This document shows positions 10,629 through 20,214 of a stretch of 64,000 bases of DNA, in pieces. The position numbers and the translations under genes were made by a program. The stretch comes from an uncultured Candidatus Binatia bacterium (GTDB lineage: Bacteria; Desulfobacterota; Binatia; UBA9968; JAJDTQ01): the NCBI GenBank assembly GCA_965213675.1, contig OZ243916.1, positions 2,720,001 to 2,784,000 of the forward strand. Reading direction: 5' to 3'. The notes under the pieces were generated by a model. That model saw only the letters and a program-made list of their open reading frames with translations, had not been told where the DNA came from and ran no database searches. Each line of letters begins with the position of its first letter. Positions within the stretch are counted from its first letter, which is position 1.

Positions 10629-11642
10629 TTATTCCCCGAGCCGGACGAACAGGTCGTGGGTGCGGTAGCGTTCCGGGGTGAGACCCTGCTCATAAGCGTA
10701 ATCGAGGAACGCCTCGACGGTGCGGCCGTCCTCCTCCAGGGAGTAGCTCCAGGGGTCTCTCGGGTGTCCCGGGCCGCCGCTCAGGACCTCCACTTGTTCC
10801 GGGGCAAACGACTCCCACCACTCCTCCTCCTCGGTAGCCAGGATGTACCGGGAGCGTGGCGCGCCGCCGCGGTTCCCCAACGTCCTGGCGCGAAGAAACG
10901 CTTCGTATAGCACTTGGCACAGGTCCTCGTGCCGCTCGGCTACATCCTGCCACAACGCAACAGTGTGCATGATGGGAAAGCAGCCGGTGCGCACGTAGTA
11001 GTCCACTTCGAGCTGGCGGGTGTCCTCGCCCAGCAGACGCCGCACGCCCGCGGCCTCTCGTGCCGTGGCGCTCACGGTAGAGGCCTCGATCATCGCGTCG
11101 ATGTCGCCCCGCACCAGCAACTCCTCAAGACTCTCACCGGAACGCACCACCTCCACGTCAAGCCTGTTGCGCACTTCGTCACGCAACGGCACGTCCACCG
11201 TCACCACCCAGGTGATGTCGTTCAAATCGACGCCGTAATCGTGCTGCAGCAGCGCCCGGGCCCACAGGCCGGCGCTCAGGTTGAGGCGCCGCACGCCGAC
11301 CCGCCGGCCCGCGAGATCCGCTGGCGACCCGATCCCGGCCGCGCCGCGGCAGAAGATGTAGGGATGGCGGAAGCGGCGGTAGTGAAAGACCGGAACGGCG
11401 ACGAGCGGAACTCCTTGCGAGCGCGCGGTCACGAACGGCGCCATGCCCATCTCGCAGATGTCGAAGGCCTTGTCGTCGAGCATGCGCAGGGTGCGCGGGT
11501 ACTGGTAGTCGCCCAGGATGCCCGTGGGTGGAAACGGATCCGGGACCACCTCGACGTTGTAGCCGGCCACCGTCACACGTCCGTCCAGCAACGGACGCGT
11601 GCGCTTGTATTCGCCACAGGACAGGGTCAGTCGCGGTTGCAT
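10629..11642 (-). CDS. 4,5-dihydroxyphthalate decarboxylase-like / PBP2-fold protein
   Basis: LTLSCGEY.RT..L.DG, FDICEMG, RRFRH, FPIMHTV. Confidence 0.8.
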   Translation of the reverse strand: MQPRLTLSCGEYKRTRPLLDGRVTVAGYNVEVVPDPFPPTGILGDYQYPRTLRMLDDKAFDICEMGMAPFVTARSQGVPLVAVPVFHYRRFRHPYIFCRGAAGIGSPADLAGRRVGVRRLNLSAGLWARALLQHDYGVDLNDITWVVTVDVPLRDEVRNRLDVEVVRSGESLEELLVRGDIDAMIEASTVSATAREAAGVRRLLGEDTRQLEVDYYVRTGCFPIMHTVALWQDVAERHEDLCQVLYEAFLRARTLGNRGGAPRSRYILATEEEEWWESFAPEQVEVLSGGPGHPRDPWSYSLEEDGRTVEAFLDYAYEQGLTPERYRTHDLFVRLGE

Positions 11643-11685
11643 GATGTCGTTGATACGCAAATGGCGTGTACGCCCGCAAGCGTTG

Positions 11686-11982
11686 TTCCCGCAGAACAGA
11701 CCGTGTCGAGACTTCTGAGGCAGAGACCCCTCGTATCGTGAATCCCGCGAAAGCTTGCCCTCGACCCTGATCGGGGGCGGGAATCCAGGGGTGGAGAGGG
11801 GCGAAATGGGCGTATTCCCCGCCTCCCCGCCTGGATTCCCGCTTTCGCGGGAATGACGACTCGGGGGTTTGGCGCCAATTCTTGCCCGGGCGACGCTTTG
11901 GCACGGCCTAGTTCGCGGGAATGACGTTCTGTGACGTAGTTGCGTAGGGCGTTTGACACAGCCTGTTCCGCGGGGATGACGG
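11686..11982. repeat. composite palindromic element with ~25-bp imperfect terminal IRs enclosing GTCATTCCCGC-family units
   Basis: left TTCCCGCAGAACAGACCGTGTCG versus right-end reverse complement TCCCCGCGGAACAGGCTGTGTCA; internal AAGCTTGCCCTCGACCCTGATCGGGGGCGGGAATCCAG and CTGGATTCCCGCTTTCGCGGGAATGAC. Confidence 0.7.
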
Positions 11983-12067
11983 ATACAGGGGCTCGGCGTC
12001 ACCGAATGTGGTTCGACACGTCGAGGCGTGGTAGAGTCCCCGCATCAACCACAAGGAGACCGTTGCC

Positions 12068-13378
12068 ATGGCCAAGACACAGACCGCCGATGCCTGGGAG
12101 CCGCCCGCCAGCCTGTCCAAGGAAGAGTTGGTCAAGATCTCCGACGGGATACTGGCGGAGCCGGACATCCCCTACACCGAAACCGAGGACGTCTTCCGCA
12201 TCCACGCCAACGGCATGGACTGGGACATCGGCTGCATGGTTTACGAGCCCGAGGACCCGGCCAAGATCCCCACTGGGCCGGACGGCAACAAGCTCGGCAT
12301 CTTCATGGCCCACGGCGGCGCCAGCGACTGGCGCTCCATCGAGCGGCTGGCGCAGACCTTCGCCGGGAAGCGCGGCTACAAGGTGTGCAACATGACCTAC
12401 CCGGGCCGCCTCTACCTGCCGGACCCGAGCCGCGACTGGCCCGGCGACACCTTCCACGAGGACGGCAGCGTGCGCACGCCCATCTGGCTGGACGGCGAGT
12501 TCATCGGCAGGGACGAGTACGACGTGGTCGACGACGCCGCCCTGCGGGAGATCTACGGCTCCCGGAAGTACGCCAGGGCCAAGAAGGGAAGCAACTTCTA
12601 CTATCGCATGGCGGCCTGGCCGGTGGCCTTCGAGGAAGGCATGCTCGACATCTGCCGCCGGCACCTGCCCGTGGGCGAGTACTCGGTGTTCACCCACGGC
12701 CACTCCACCGGCGGACCTTTCAGCCACTACCTGCTGCAGCGCATCGAGAACGGCAAGGGGCTCATCGGCATCGAGAACTCGCCGTTCGCATTCATCTTCC
12801 GCAAGATGAGCGGCCACGACTGGCCCACCCCCTTCGATCACGTGCTGATCCGGAACTGGCGTGAGCTGGCGCGCTACAAGGGCGCCGAAGTGGCGATGCA
12901 GGAAGGGGCGAAGCCGCTCTTCAGGCTGGCGCAGTTGATGGAGGAGGTCTTCGAGATGTGGGAGCGGGCCAAGCGTTTCCCCCAGTTCAAGGCCGAGAAC
13001 TGGCTCCACAGCGACAGCCACCCGTGTCTCACCGAAGCCGCCAAGGTCACCGCCGAACGCCTCAACATGAACGCCGAGGAGACCCAGGCCTTGGTGGACC
13101 GCTACCTGGGCTACGGCCGCCCGCTGCCCGGAAAGCCGATCCCGCCGCTTCTCTACGGCATCAACAAGTTCAGCCGCGACCACACCCCCGAGAAGTACAA
13201 CCAGATCGTCAAGGCCGAGTACGCGGCCATGAACCCGGCCCCCAAGATACGCGTCGTCGAGATCGGCACCGGCATCCACTCCTACTGGGCCACCGAGGAA
13301 GGACTGCCCCTGGGCGTCTGCCCGGTGATCACGAAGGTATGGCACGACGCGATCATGAACGGGTACTACGAGGTGTGA
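12068..13378 (+). CDS. hypothetical protein, probable alpha/beta-hydrolase fold
   Basis: 436-aa ORF with AGGAG RBS; HGG, GHSTG and GIH motifs. Confidence 0.7.
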   Translation: MAKTQTADAWEPPASLSKEELVKISDGILAEPDIPYTETEDVFRIHANGMDWDIGCMVYEPEDPAKIPTGPDGNKLGIFMAHGGASDWRSIERLAQTFAGKRGYKVCNMTYPGRLYLPDPSRDWPGDTFHEDGSVRTPIWLDGEFIGRDEYDVVDDAALREIYGSRKYARAKKGSNFYYRMAAWPVAFEEGMLDICRRHLPVGEYSVFTHGHSTGGPFSHYLLQRIENGKGLIGIENSPFAFIFRKMSGHDWPTPFDHVLIRNWRELARYKGAEVAMQEGAKPLFRLAQLMEEVFEMWERAKRFPQFKAENWLHSDSHPCLTEAAKVTAERLNMNAEETQALVDRYLGYGRPLPGKPIPPLLYGINKFSRDHTPEKYNQIVKAEYAAMNPAPKIRVVEIGTGIHSYWATEEGLPLGVCPVITKVWHDAIMNGYYEV

Positions 13379-13388
13379 GAAACTCGCG

Positions 13389-13464
13389 TTGACATTTGAT
13401 TTCCAGTTCCAGGTGCTCCATTATTGGATATGGTAATTCCAATTTTGGACGCAAAATGGAATTT
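13389..13464 (+). promoter_or_regulatory. promoter/operator region of the AAA-DUF4143 gene
   Basis: TTGACA at 13389; two TCCA-N4-TGGA palindromes (13417-13428, 13438-13449) 21 bp apart. Confidence 0.5.
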
Positions 13465-14613
13465 AGAAGTCGTTTTTTCAACATTCCGGACCAGAGTTGC
13501 TTCCTATTCGGTCCTCGCGGGACTGGAAAGTCGACATGGCTGCGCCACCGGCTGCCCGATGCCCTGTTCCTGGACCTGCTCGAACCCGCCCCTCATCGCA
13601 GTCTGAACGCCCGTCCCGAGCGTCTTCGGGATCTGCTTGCCGGCTCGCCACGGGCGGACATCGTGGTCATCGACGAAATCCAACGGATCCCGGAGTTGCT
13701 GACCGTGGTTCACGCTCTGATGGAGGAGCCTTCACCGCCCCGCTTCGTTTTGACCGGATCCAGCGCCCGAAAGCTTCGGCGCGAGGGTGTCGACCTTCTG
13801 GGGGGACGGGCCGTGCACCGCACCATGCACCCGTTCATGGCAGCGGAGTTATCTGATTTCGACCTCGGACAAGCACTGCAAACGGGGTTGCTGCCCTTGG
13901 TCATGGCAGCCACCGATCCCGCGGATGTCCTGGCCGCCTACGCGAGCCTGTATCTCGAACAGGAAGTACGGGCCGAAGGGCTGACACGCAACGTCGGGAA
14001 CTTCACGCGATTTCTGGAAGCGGTCAGCTTTTCCCATGGCAGCTTGTTGAATGTTTCGGCGGTGGCCAGGGAATGCCACGTCGAGCGCAAGGTCGTTGCC
14101 GGCTACGTCGGCATCCTGGAGGACCTTCTTCTCGCTTTCCGGCTGCCTGTCTTCCGCAAACGCGCCAAGCGCGCCACCGTCAACCACGAGAAGATCTACC
14201 TGTTCGACGCCGGCGTGTTTCGCTCGTTACGCCCCAAGGGACCGTTGGATCGTCCCGAGGAGATTGACGGTCAGGCGCTGGAGGGGTTGGTGGCTCAGCA
14301 TCTCTGTGCGTGGGCGGCGTATTCCCGACACGACATGGACGTATTCTTCTGGCGGACGCGTGCCGGGACCGAAGTCGACTTCGTGGTCTACGGGGAACTG
14401 GGGCTCCAGGCCTTTGAGGTCAAGAACGCCGCCAACGTCTATTCGAAAGACCTGCGCGCGCTGAAGGCGTTTCGCGAGGACTATCCCGAGGCCGAGACCG
14501 CCGTGCTCTATCGTGGCCGGGAACGCTTGCGGATCGACGGCATCTGGTGTCTGCCGGTACAGGAGTTTCTGCGCGGCATCGTGCCGGATAAAGGTCTGTT
14601 GACCTGGCTGTGA
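13456..14613 (+). CDS. AAA_14 ATPase with DUF4143 (PD-(D/E)XK-like) C-terminus
   Basis: GPRGTGKS Walker A, VIDEIQ Walker B, LTGSS, KIYLFDAG, EVDFVV..FEVK. Confidence 0.9.
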   Translation: MEFRSRFFNIPDQSCFLFGPRGTGKSTWLRHRLPDALFLDLLEPAPHRSLNARPERLRDLLAGSPRADIVVIDEIQRIPELLTVVHALMEEPSPPRFVLTGSSARKLRREGVDLLGGRAVHRTMHPFMAAELSDFDLGQALQTGLLPLVMAATDPADVLAAYASLYLEQEVRAEGLTRNVGNFTRFLEAVSFSHGSLLNVSAVARECHVERKVVAGYVGILEDLLLAFRLPVFRKRAKRATVNHEKIYLFDAGVFRSLRPKGPLDRPEEIDGQALEGLVAQHLCAWAAYSRHDMDVFFWRTRAGTEVDFVVYGELGLQAFEVKNAANVYSKDLRALKAFREDYPEAETAVLYRGRERLRIDGIWCLPVQEFLRGIVPDKGLLTWL

Positions 14614-14643
14614 GGGTCAAACCCTGGAGTTAGCGGATAGCGT

Positions 14644-17103
14644 TCACCCGAGCCGGATGCGCCTCAGCCGCAGCGCGTTTCCCACCACCGACACCGACGA
14701 CAGGCTCATGGCGGCGGCGGCGACCATGGGCGACAGGAGCAGGCCGAACATCGGGTATAAGACGCCGGCCGCGATGATCACCCCCACCGTGTTGTAGACG
14801 AAAGCGAAGAACAGGTTCTGCTGGATGTTGCCCAAGGTGGCGCGGGCCAGCAGGCGGGCGCGGACGATGCCGTTCAAGTCGCCGCGCATCAGCGTGACGC
14901 CGGCGCTCTTGATGGCCACGTCCGCGCCGGTGCCCATGGCGATGCCGGTGTCGGCGGCGGCGAGGGCGGGCGCATCGTTGATGCCGTCGCCCGCCATGGC
15001 CACGTGACGGCCGCCGGCCTTCAACTCGGCGACGACGTCCCGCTTGTCCGCCGGCGTCGCTTCCGCCCGCCAGTCGTCGATGTCGAGGCCGGCGGCCACC
15101 GCCCGCGCCGCCCTCGGGCTGTCGCCGGTCAACATCATGATGCCGAGCCCCGAGCGGCGGAGCCTGCCGATGGCCTCCCGCGTGGTGGGCTTGACCCGGT
15201 CCGCCGCCGCCACGAGACCCCGGGGGCTACCGTCCACCGCAACGAACATGACGGTCTTCCCCGCCTCCTGCAGCCCCTCGGCGACGCTTGCGACCTCGCC
15301 GAGGTCGGCGTCCAGCTCGCGCATCAGCGCCAGGTTGCCAAGGGCCACCGCCCGGCCCGCGACCCGGCCGCGGACGCCTTTTCCCGGGACAGCCTCGAAG
15401 TCCGCGGTCTCCTGGAGCACGGCGCCCCGCGCCTGGGCGCCGGCGAGGATCGCCTCCGCCAGCGGGTGCTCCGACCCGCGTTCGAGAGAAGCCGCCAACG
15501 AGAGGACCTCCGCCTCGTCCATGCCGCCATCGGCGGCGATCACATCCGTCAGCTCCGGTTTCCCTTCGGTCAGGGTGCCGGTCTTGTCCACGATCAGCAC
15601 GTCCACCTTGGCGAGGCTCTCCAGCGCCGCGGCGTCGCGCACCAGCACCCCCGCCTGGGCGCCGCGACCCGTCGCCACCATGATGGACATGGGCGTGGCG
15701 AGCCCAAGGGCGCACGGGCACGCGATGACCAGCACGCTCACGGCCGCCACCACGGCGTTGGCGAGGGCGGGCGCGGGCCCCACCGCCACCCACACGACGA
15801 ACGCCGTCACCGACACCGCCACCACCGTAGGGACGAACCAGCTCGCGACGCGGTCCACCAAAGCCTGAACCGGAGCGCGGCTGCGTTGCGCCGCGGCTAC
15901 CATTTCGACGATGCGCGCCAGCACCGTATCGGCGCCGACCCCCTGGGCGCGCATGGTGAACGAGCCTGCCCCGTTGAGGGTGCCGCCGGTCACCGGGTCG
16001 CCCGCCATCTTCTCCACCGGGACCGGTTCACCCGTGAGCAGCCGCTCGTCCACCGCCGAGTGTCCGTCGAGCACCACCCCGTCCACCGGTACGCTCTCTC
16101 CCGGCCGCACCCGCAGCCGGTCGCCGACCCGCACCGCTTCCAGCGGCACGTCCTCGTCGCCGTCGCCGGTCACCCGCCGCGCGGTCTTGGGCGCCAGGTC
16201 CAGCAGCGCCCGGATGGCGCCGCCGGTGCGCTCGCGCGCCGACAGCTCGCATATCTGGCCCACCAGCACCAGGATCAGGATGACCGCCGCGGCCTCGAAG
16301 TAGACCGGCGGCAGCCCGTGCGGCCCCCGCGCCGATTCCGGGAAGAGCGCAGGCGCGAGCACGGCCGCCACGCTGAACGCATAGGCCGCGCCGGACCCCA
16401 AGGCGATCAGGGTCCACATGTTGGGACTGCGGTTCACCACCGAAGCCCAGCCGCGCTTGAAGAACGGCAGCGCCACCCAAGCCACCACCGGAGTCGCCAG
16501 CAGGAACTGGAGCCACACATGAAGCCGCGGCCCGAACCATTCCGCCATGGGCAGCCCGATATGATCGCCCATCTCCAGGACAAGGGTGGCGAGGCCGAGG
16601 GGCGCGCCGGCCCACAGGCGCCGCTGGAAGTCGGCCAACTCCGGATTGGGGCCGGCCGCCGCGGACGGCATCATGGGTTCGAGGGCCATGCCGCAGACGG
16701 GACAGTCCCCCGGCGCGTCGCGCACGACCTCCGGGTCCATCGGGCAGGTGTACCGTGTACCCTCCGGCGCCGGTTCCGGTTCGGAGCGGGGACCGAGAAA
16801 CTCCTCCGGCGCGGACTCGAAGCGCGCCTGACAGTGCCCGGAGCAGAAATAGAACCGTAGCCCGTCGAGCCGGACCGTGTACCGCGCGGTGGCGCGCCGG
16901 ACCGTCATGCCGCAAACGGGGTCCGTCGCCTCGATGTAGGCGTCGGGCGTCGCCGAGAACTTCTTGAGGCACCCTTCGCAGCAGAAATGGTAGGGCTCCC
17001 CAAGGTGCTCCAGGGAAGGCTTCCCTGCCGAGAGGGAGACCTCCATTCCGCATACGGGATCCCGCGTGACGGCGTTGGCAGACGTATCCAGCGGCGAGTC
17101 CAT
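14644..17103 (-). CDS. copA: Cu(+)-type heavy-metal P1B ATPase with two YHS domains
   Basis: DPVCGM twice, [36 protein letters not shown]. Confidence 0.93.
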   Translation of the reverse strand: MDSPLDTSANAVTRDPVCGMEVSLSAGKPSLEHLGEPYHFCCEGCLKKFSATPDAYIEATDPVCGMTVRRATARYTVRLDGLRFYFCSGHCQARFESAPEEFLGPRSEPEPAPEGTRYTCPMDPEVVRDAPGDCPVCGMALEPMMPSAAAGPNPELADFQRRLWAGAPLGLATLVLEMGDHIGLPMAEWFGPRLHVWLQFLLATPVVAWVALPFFKRGWASVVNRSPNMWTLIALGSGAAYAFSVAAVLAPALFPESARGPHGLPPVYFEAAAVILILVLVGQICELSARERTGGAIRALLDLAPKTARRVTGDGDEDVPLEAVRVGDRLRVRPGESVPVDGVVLDGHSAVDERLLTGEPVPVEKMAGDPVTGGTLNGAGSFTMRAQGVGADTVLARIVEMVAAAQRSRAPVQALVDRVASWFVPTVVAVSVTAFVVWVAVGPAPALANAVVAAVSVLVIACPCALGLATPMSIMVATGRGAQAGVLVRDAAALESLAKVDVLIVDKTGTLTEGKPELTDVIAADGGMDEAEVLSLAASLERGSEHPLAEAILAGAQARGAVLQETADFEAVPGKGVRGRVAGRAVALGNLALMRELDADLGEVASVAEGLQEAGKTVMFVAVDGSPRGLVAAADRVKPTTREAIGRLRRSGLGIMMLTGDSPRAARAVAAGLDIDDWRAEATPADKRDVVAELKAGGRHVAMAGDGINDAPALAAADTGIAMGTGADVAIKSAGVTLMRGDLNGIVRARLLARATLGNIQQNLFFAFVYNTVGVIIAAGVLYPMFGLLLSPMVAAAAMSLSSVSVVGNALRLRRIRLG

Positions 17104-17235
17104 TCAATTACTCCAGAGTGGCGGAGGAGAAAGATTCCAGCATGATCGTACTGGACACTTCGGCCCTGATCCAAGTCGCAGGCACCATCGTGCCAAGTGG
17201 CAAACCCGGAGAATGTCCCGGGATGGAACGAGTGG

Positions 17236-17985
17236 CTATCCGCCTTTCAAAGCCGCCAACCGCGCCATGGCGCGGTTGTGATAGAACCGGTCCACGGCAT
17301 CCTTGGGCGGTTTCTTGACGGCGCGCTCCAACAACCGCCGCGCCTCGTCCCGGTTCCCTTTCTCGTCCATCAGCAGCAACCCATAAGCGTATTCGACGCA
17401 CACCACCTTGGCATCGGGCATGAGCTCCAGGGTGCGCGCATAGTGGCTGCGGGCCTTCGTCTCCGTGGCTCCGTACAGAAACCCGGCCATGCCGCCCGCG
17501 GCGTGAACGATCTCCGCGTGCCAGGTGCCCAGGCTCAGATGGCCGGCCGCGTGGTCCGGATCCAGCCGCAGAGCCTCCTCCACCGATTCCCGCACCTTGG
17601 TCGCGTATCCCCCGGTCACCACCCGCAGGAACCCGATGGTCTGGGCATAGCGCCCGCTGGCATGGGCCAACTGGATATGCGCATCCGGATTGGACGGGTC
17701 GAGGCGCACCGCTTCCTCCGCCAACTCCACGGCCCGTTGATACAACCCTTGCTTATCCTCGTCCCCGGCGAAAAAATGGCCTTGAAGCGCCTGCGCCTGC
17801 GCCGCCAGAGTATACCCCTCGGAGGTCTTGAGCGCCGCCCCCAGTGCGGCCGCATGGACAAAACGGCCCTCCGCGTACGCCGCGCGCGCCTGCTCCAAGG
17901 TCCCGGCGCTGACCGCGCACACCAACAGATGGGTGCAAAGCATGACCGTAAAGGTCAGGAAAGCGATAACGGGCGGAAATGACAT
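17236..17985 (-). CDS. secreted TPR-like helical protein
   Basis: hydrophobic N-terminus ending AVSA; TPR-like repeats (AVRLDPSNPDAH, ALRLDPDHAAGH). Confidence 0.75.
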   Translation of the reverse strand: MSFPPVIAFLTFTVMLCTHLLVCAVSAGTLEQARAAYAEGRFVHAAALGAALKTSEGYTLAAQAQALQGHFFAGDEDKQGLYQRAVELAEEAVRLDPSNPDAHIQLAHASGRYAQTIGFLRVVTGGYATKVRESVEEALRLDPDHAAGHLSLGTWHAEIVHAAGGMAGFLYGATETKARSHYARTLELMPDAKVVCVEYAYGLLLMDEKGNRDEARRLLERAVKKPPKDAVDRFYHNRAMARLAALKGG

Positions 17986-17991
17986 CCGGGG

Positions 17992-18975
17992 TCAACGTGG
18001 ATCAAGAACCTTGCGGGCTTCGTCGCGGACCTTTTCGCGGAAGGAAGCGGGGTTCAGAACCTGGACGCCGCCGCCGAAGTGAAGCACCCAGCCTACCAGT
18101 TCGGTGGTATCCGCGACCCGCAGCGACAGAACAAGGCGTCCGTCCCGGGTTTCCTGAGTCTGCTGGCTCGGGTGCCACAACCGCCCCTTCGCCCACGCGC
18201 TGGTGGCCTTGTCGAAAAGCAATTCCAGTTCGATGGGCTTGCCGCGCATCACGACGAGGGAATCCTGGACGTAGGCGTCCAGGTCGAAACCCAGCGGCAT
18301 CTGGCATGGACGGTTGGTGAGAGCCAGGGAGCGGATGCGGTCGACGGCGAAGGTGCGCACGTCCTGTCTCAAATGGCAGTAGGCGATGAGAAACAGCCCG
18401 CCGTCGGCATACCACAAGCGATAGGGGTCTACGTCGCGGCGGCGCGTTCGGTTGCGCGACGCGGTGAAATAGCGCATCTGCACCGTTCGGGTACTCGCGA
18501 TGGCCCGGGAGAGCTGGTCGATGGTGTTCCGGTGCTCGCGGTAGGTCTTGTGCGGTCCCAGGCCCACGGCGAACCGGCCGCCCAAGCCTTGGAGGTACGT
18601 CGCGCTGTGGCCGGGCAACGCGGCCGCGGCCTTGTTCAGCGCCGAATCGAGGGACACCTTGATCTCGGTCCCTTCCAGGGGTTTCAGGAGATCGCGGCTG
18701 AATACCAGAGCCATGATCTCCGTCGGCGACAGCGACAGCGGCAATGACTTGCGGTAGCCGTCCATCAGCCGCCACACCGTCTGACCGTTCCGGCGCTCGG
18801 TGACAAGAGGAATGTTGGCGGCTTCCAGTGCCTCGAGATCGCGACGAATGGTCCGGTGATGGCGTGAGTAGTCTTCGGGCAGCGACGCGGCCAATTCCGA
18901 AAGAGTCGCCCCCCGGGAGCCCTCCAGCTTATGTAACAACAGCCACTGGCGCGTAAACTGATCGTTGCGTGGCAT
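17992..18975 (-). CDS. HTH-WYL-WCX transcriptional regulator (YafY/PafB-like)
   Basis: RTIRRDLEAL wHTH, VDPYRL..GGLFLIAYCHLRQDVRTFAVDRI WYL core, WVLHFG..V.VL.P WCX. Confidence 0.92.
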   Translation of the reverse strand: MPRNDQFTRQWLLLHKLEGSRGATLSELAASLPEDYSRHHRTIRRDLEALEAANIPLVTERRNGQTVWRLMDGYRKSLPLSLSPTEIMALVFSRDLLKPLEGTEIKVSLDSALNKAAAALPGHSATYLQGLGGRFAVGLGPHKTYREHRNTIDQLSRAIASTRTVQMRYFTASRNRTRRRDVDPYRLWYADGGLFLIAYCHLRQDVRTFAVDRIRSLALTNRPCQMPLGFDLDAYVQDSLVVMRGKPIELELLFDKATSAWAKGRLWHPSQQTQETRDGRLVLSLRVADTTELVGWVLHFGGGVQVLNPASFREKVRDEARKVLDPR

Positions 18976-19108
18976 GCCGTATCTGCCTTGTGGAAAACGG
19001 CGGCCCAAGGGGCGACCGTTCCTTTCGGTGGCGGGAGGGAAAAGCGGGATAGGGGACAGCGCCCGGAGGACGCCGGCCATGTCCTCCGGGCGGCGTCACC
19101 GGTTGCTT

Positions 19109-19390
19109 CTACTGGAGGGTCTTGGTACCGGGACCCGCAATACGAGACGAGCGGGTCCGGGTCTTTTTGAGCTCGAACATCAGGATGCGCTTCTGAAGCG
19201 GATCGAAACGGATTCGCAGCGTACGGCCGCCCACGTCCACGTCCGCCACACCATCCTCACCGTCTTCGATCTTGTGCAGCGCCGAGAGCACCGACAACCC
19301 TACCAGCGAGGCGTCTACCTCGACCCACTTCTTGGGAAGTTCCCGACCTCCGTCCACCGGCCTCAGATGTCGTCTTGTCTCGCGTGGCAT
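19109..19390 (-). CDS. hypothetical 93-aa protein
   Basis: ORF with AAAGGGA RBS downstream of a near-consensus promoter; no family recognised. Confidence 0.6.
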   Translation of the reverse strand: MPRETRRHLRPVDGGRELPKKWVEVDASLVGLSVLSALHKIEDGEDGVADVDVGGRTLRIRFDPLQKRILMFELKKTRTRSSRIAGPGTKTLQ

Positions 19391-19502
19391 CGTTTCCCTT
19401 TCCTGATCTCGGAGTTCTCTCCGAAGTCCCTCGGAATTCGCGTCGTGATTGAAGTCATGCTTACGCTTGAATGAACGCCCTTGAACCCTTGCGCTTGACG
19501 GG

Positions 19503-19554
19503 AAGTTATCAACTGATTACTATAATGTCAAGCATGTACTCAACTGAGAACTGA
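19503..19554 (-). promoter_or_regulatory. sigma70 promoter (TTGACA-17-TAACTT) with overlapping TCAACTGA boxes
   Basis: minus strand TTGACA ttatagtaatcagttga TAACTT; TCAACTGA at 19509-19516 and 19540-19547. Confidence 0.65.
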
Positions 19555-19561
19555 ATACACC

Positions 19562-20197
19562 ATGCCCCGGAGAAAAACAAGACTCCCCAGGACATCCCTT
19601 GCCCGCCGCCTGACGCTGGCCATGGCGGAACGCGACCCGCTGGAGGTGGCGCGGCGCGCGGGCATCTCCAAGACGGCGGTCTACAATTACATGGCCGGCG
19701 ACAGGGCGCCGCAATCCGCCATCCTGCACCGGTTGGCTTCGGTATGCGGGGTGTCGCTGGAATGGCTGCTGGCCACCAACGACCAGGTCCGGGACGTGTC
19801 CGGTCATGTGCCGGACGACCTTCCCGTGGTGGGACGGGCCGGGGCGGGGCGGGGCGAGTTCTCGGAGGACGGCTTTCCGGTGGGCGAGGGATGGCGCCGG
19901 GTATCACGCCCATACGACATCAAGGACACCCATGCCTTCGGCGTAGAGGTGCGCGGCCACTCCATGAGCCCGCGCTATGAAGACCGGGAGATCGTGGTAT
20001 GCTCGCCCGACAAGGAGTGGCGCTCCGGCGACTACTGCGTGGTGAAGACCGTGGACGGCGAGTACCTGATCAAGCGCGTCAAGAAGGAGGACGGCAACCT
20101 GGTGCTCATCAGCATTGCCCACGGCTACGATCCCATCCTCATGCCGCTGTCGGAAGTCGCCGGCATCTACCGCATCGTCTGGAAGAAGGAGCGATAA
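19562..20197 (+). CDS. XRE HTH + S24 peptidase repressor (CI/LexA-like)
   Basis: VARRAGISKTAVYNY HTH; GRAGAG Ala-Gly cleavage site; GHSM catalytic Ser; IKR catalytic Lys. Confidence 0.9.
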   Translation: MPRRKTRLPRTSLARRLTLAMAERDPLEVARRAGISKTAVYNYMAGDRAPQSAILHRLASVCGVSLEWLLATNDQVRDVSGHVPDDLPVVGRAGAGRGEFSEDGFPVGEGWRRVSRPYDIKDTHAFGVEVRGHSMSPRYEDREIVVCSPDKEWRSGDYCVVKTVDGEYLIKRVKKEDGNLVLISIAHGYDPILMPLSEVAGIYRIVWKKER

Positions 20198-20214
20198 GGA
20201 GAGAGGGAGACTCC

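Noticed and set aside
19495-19526. + strand TTGACG...TATAAT promoter
   Set aside because: The 20-nt spacer is too long for a standard sigma70 promoter, so it was not called; the -10 could still be used.
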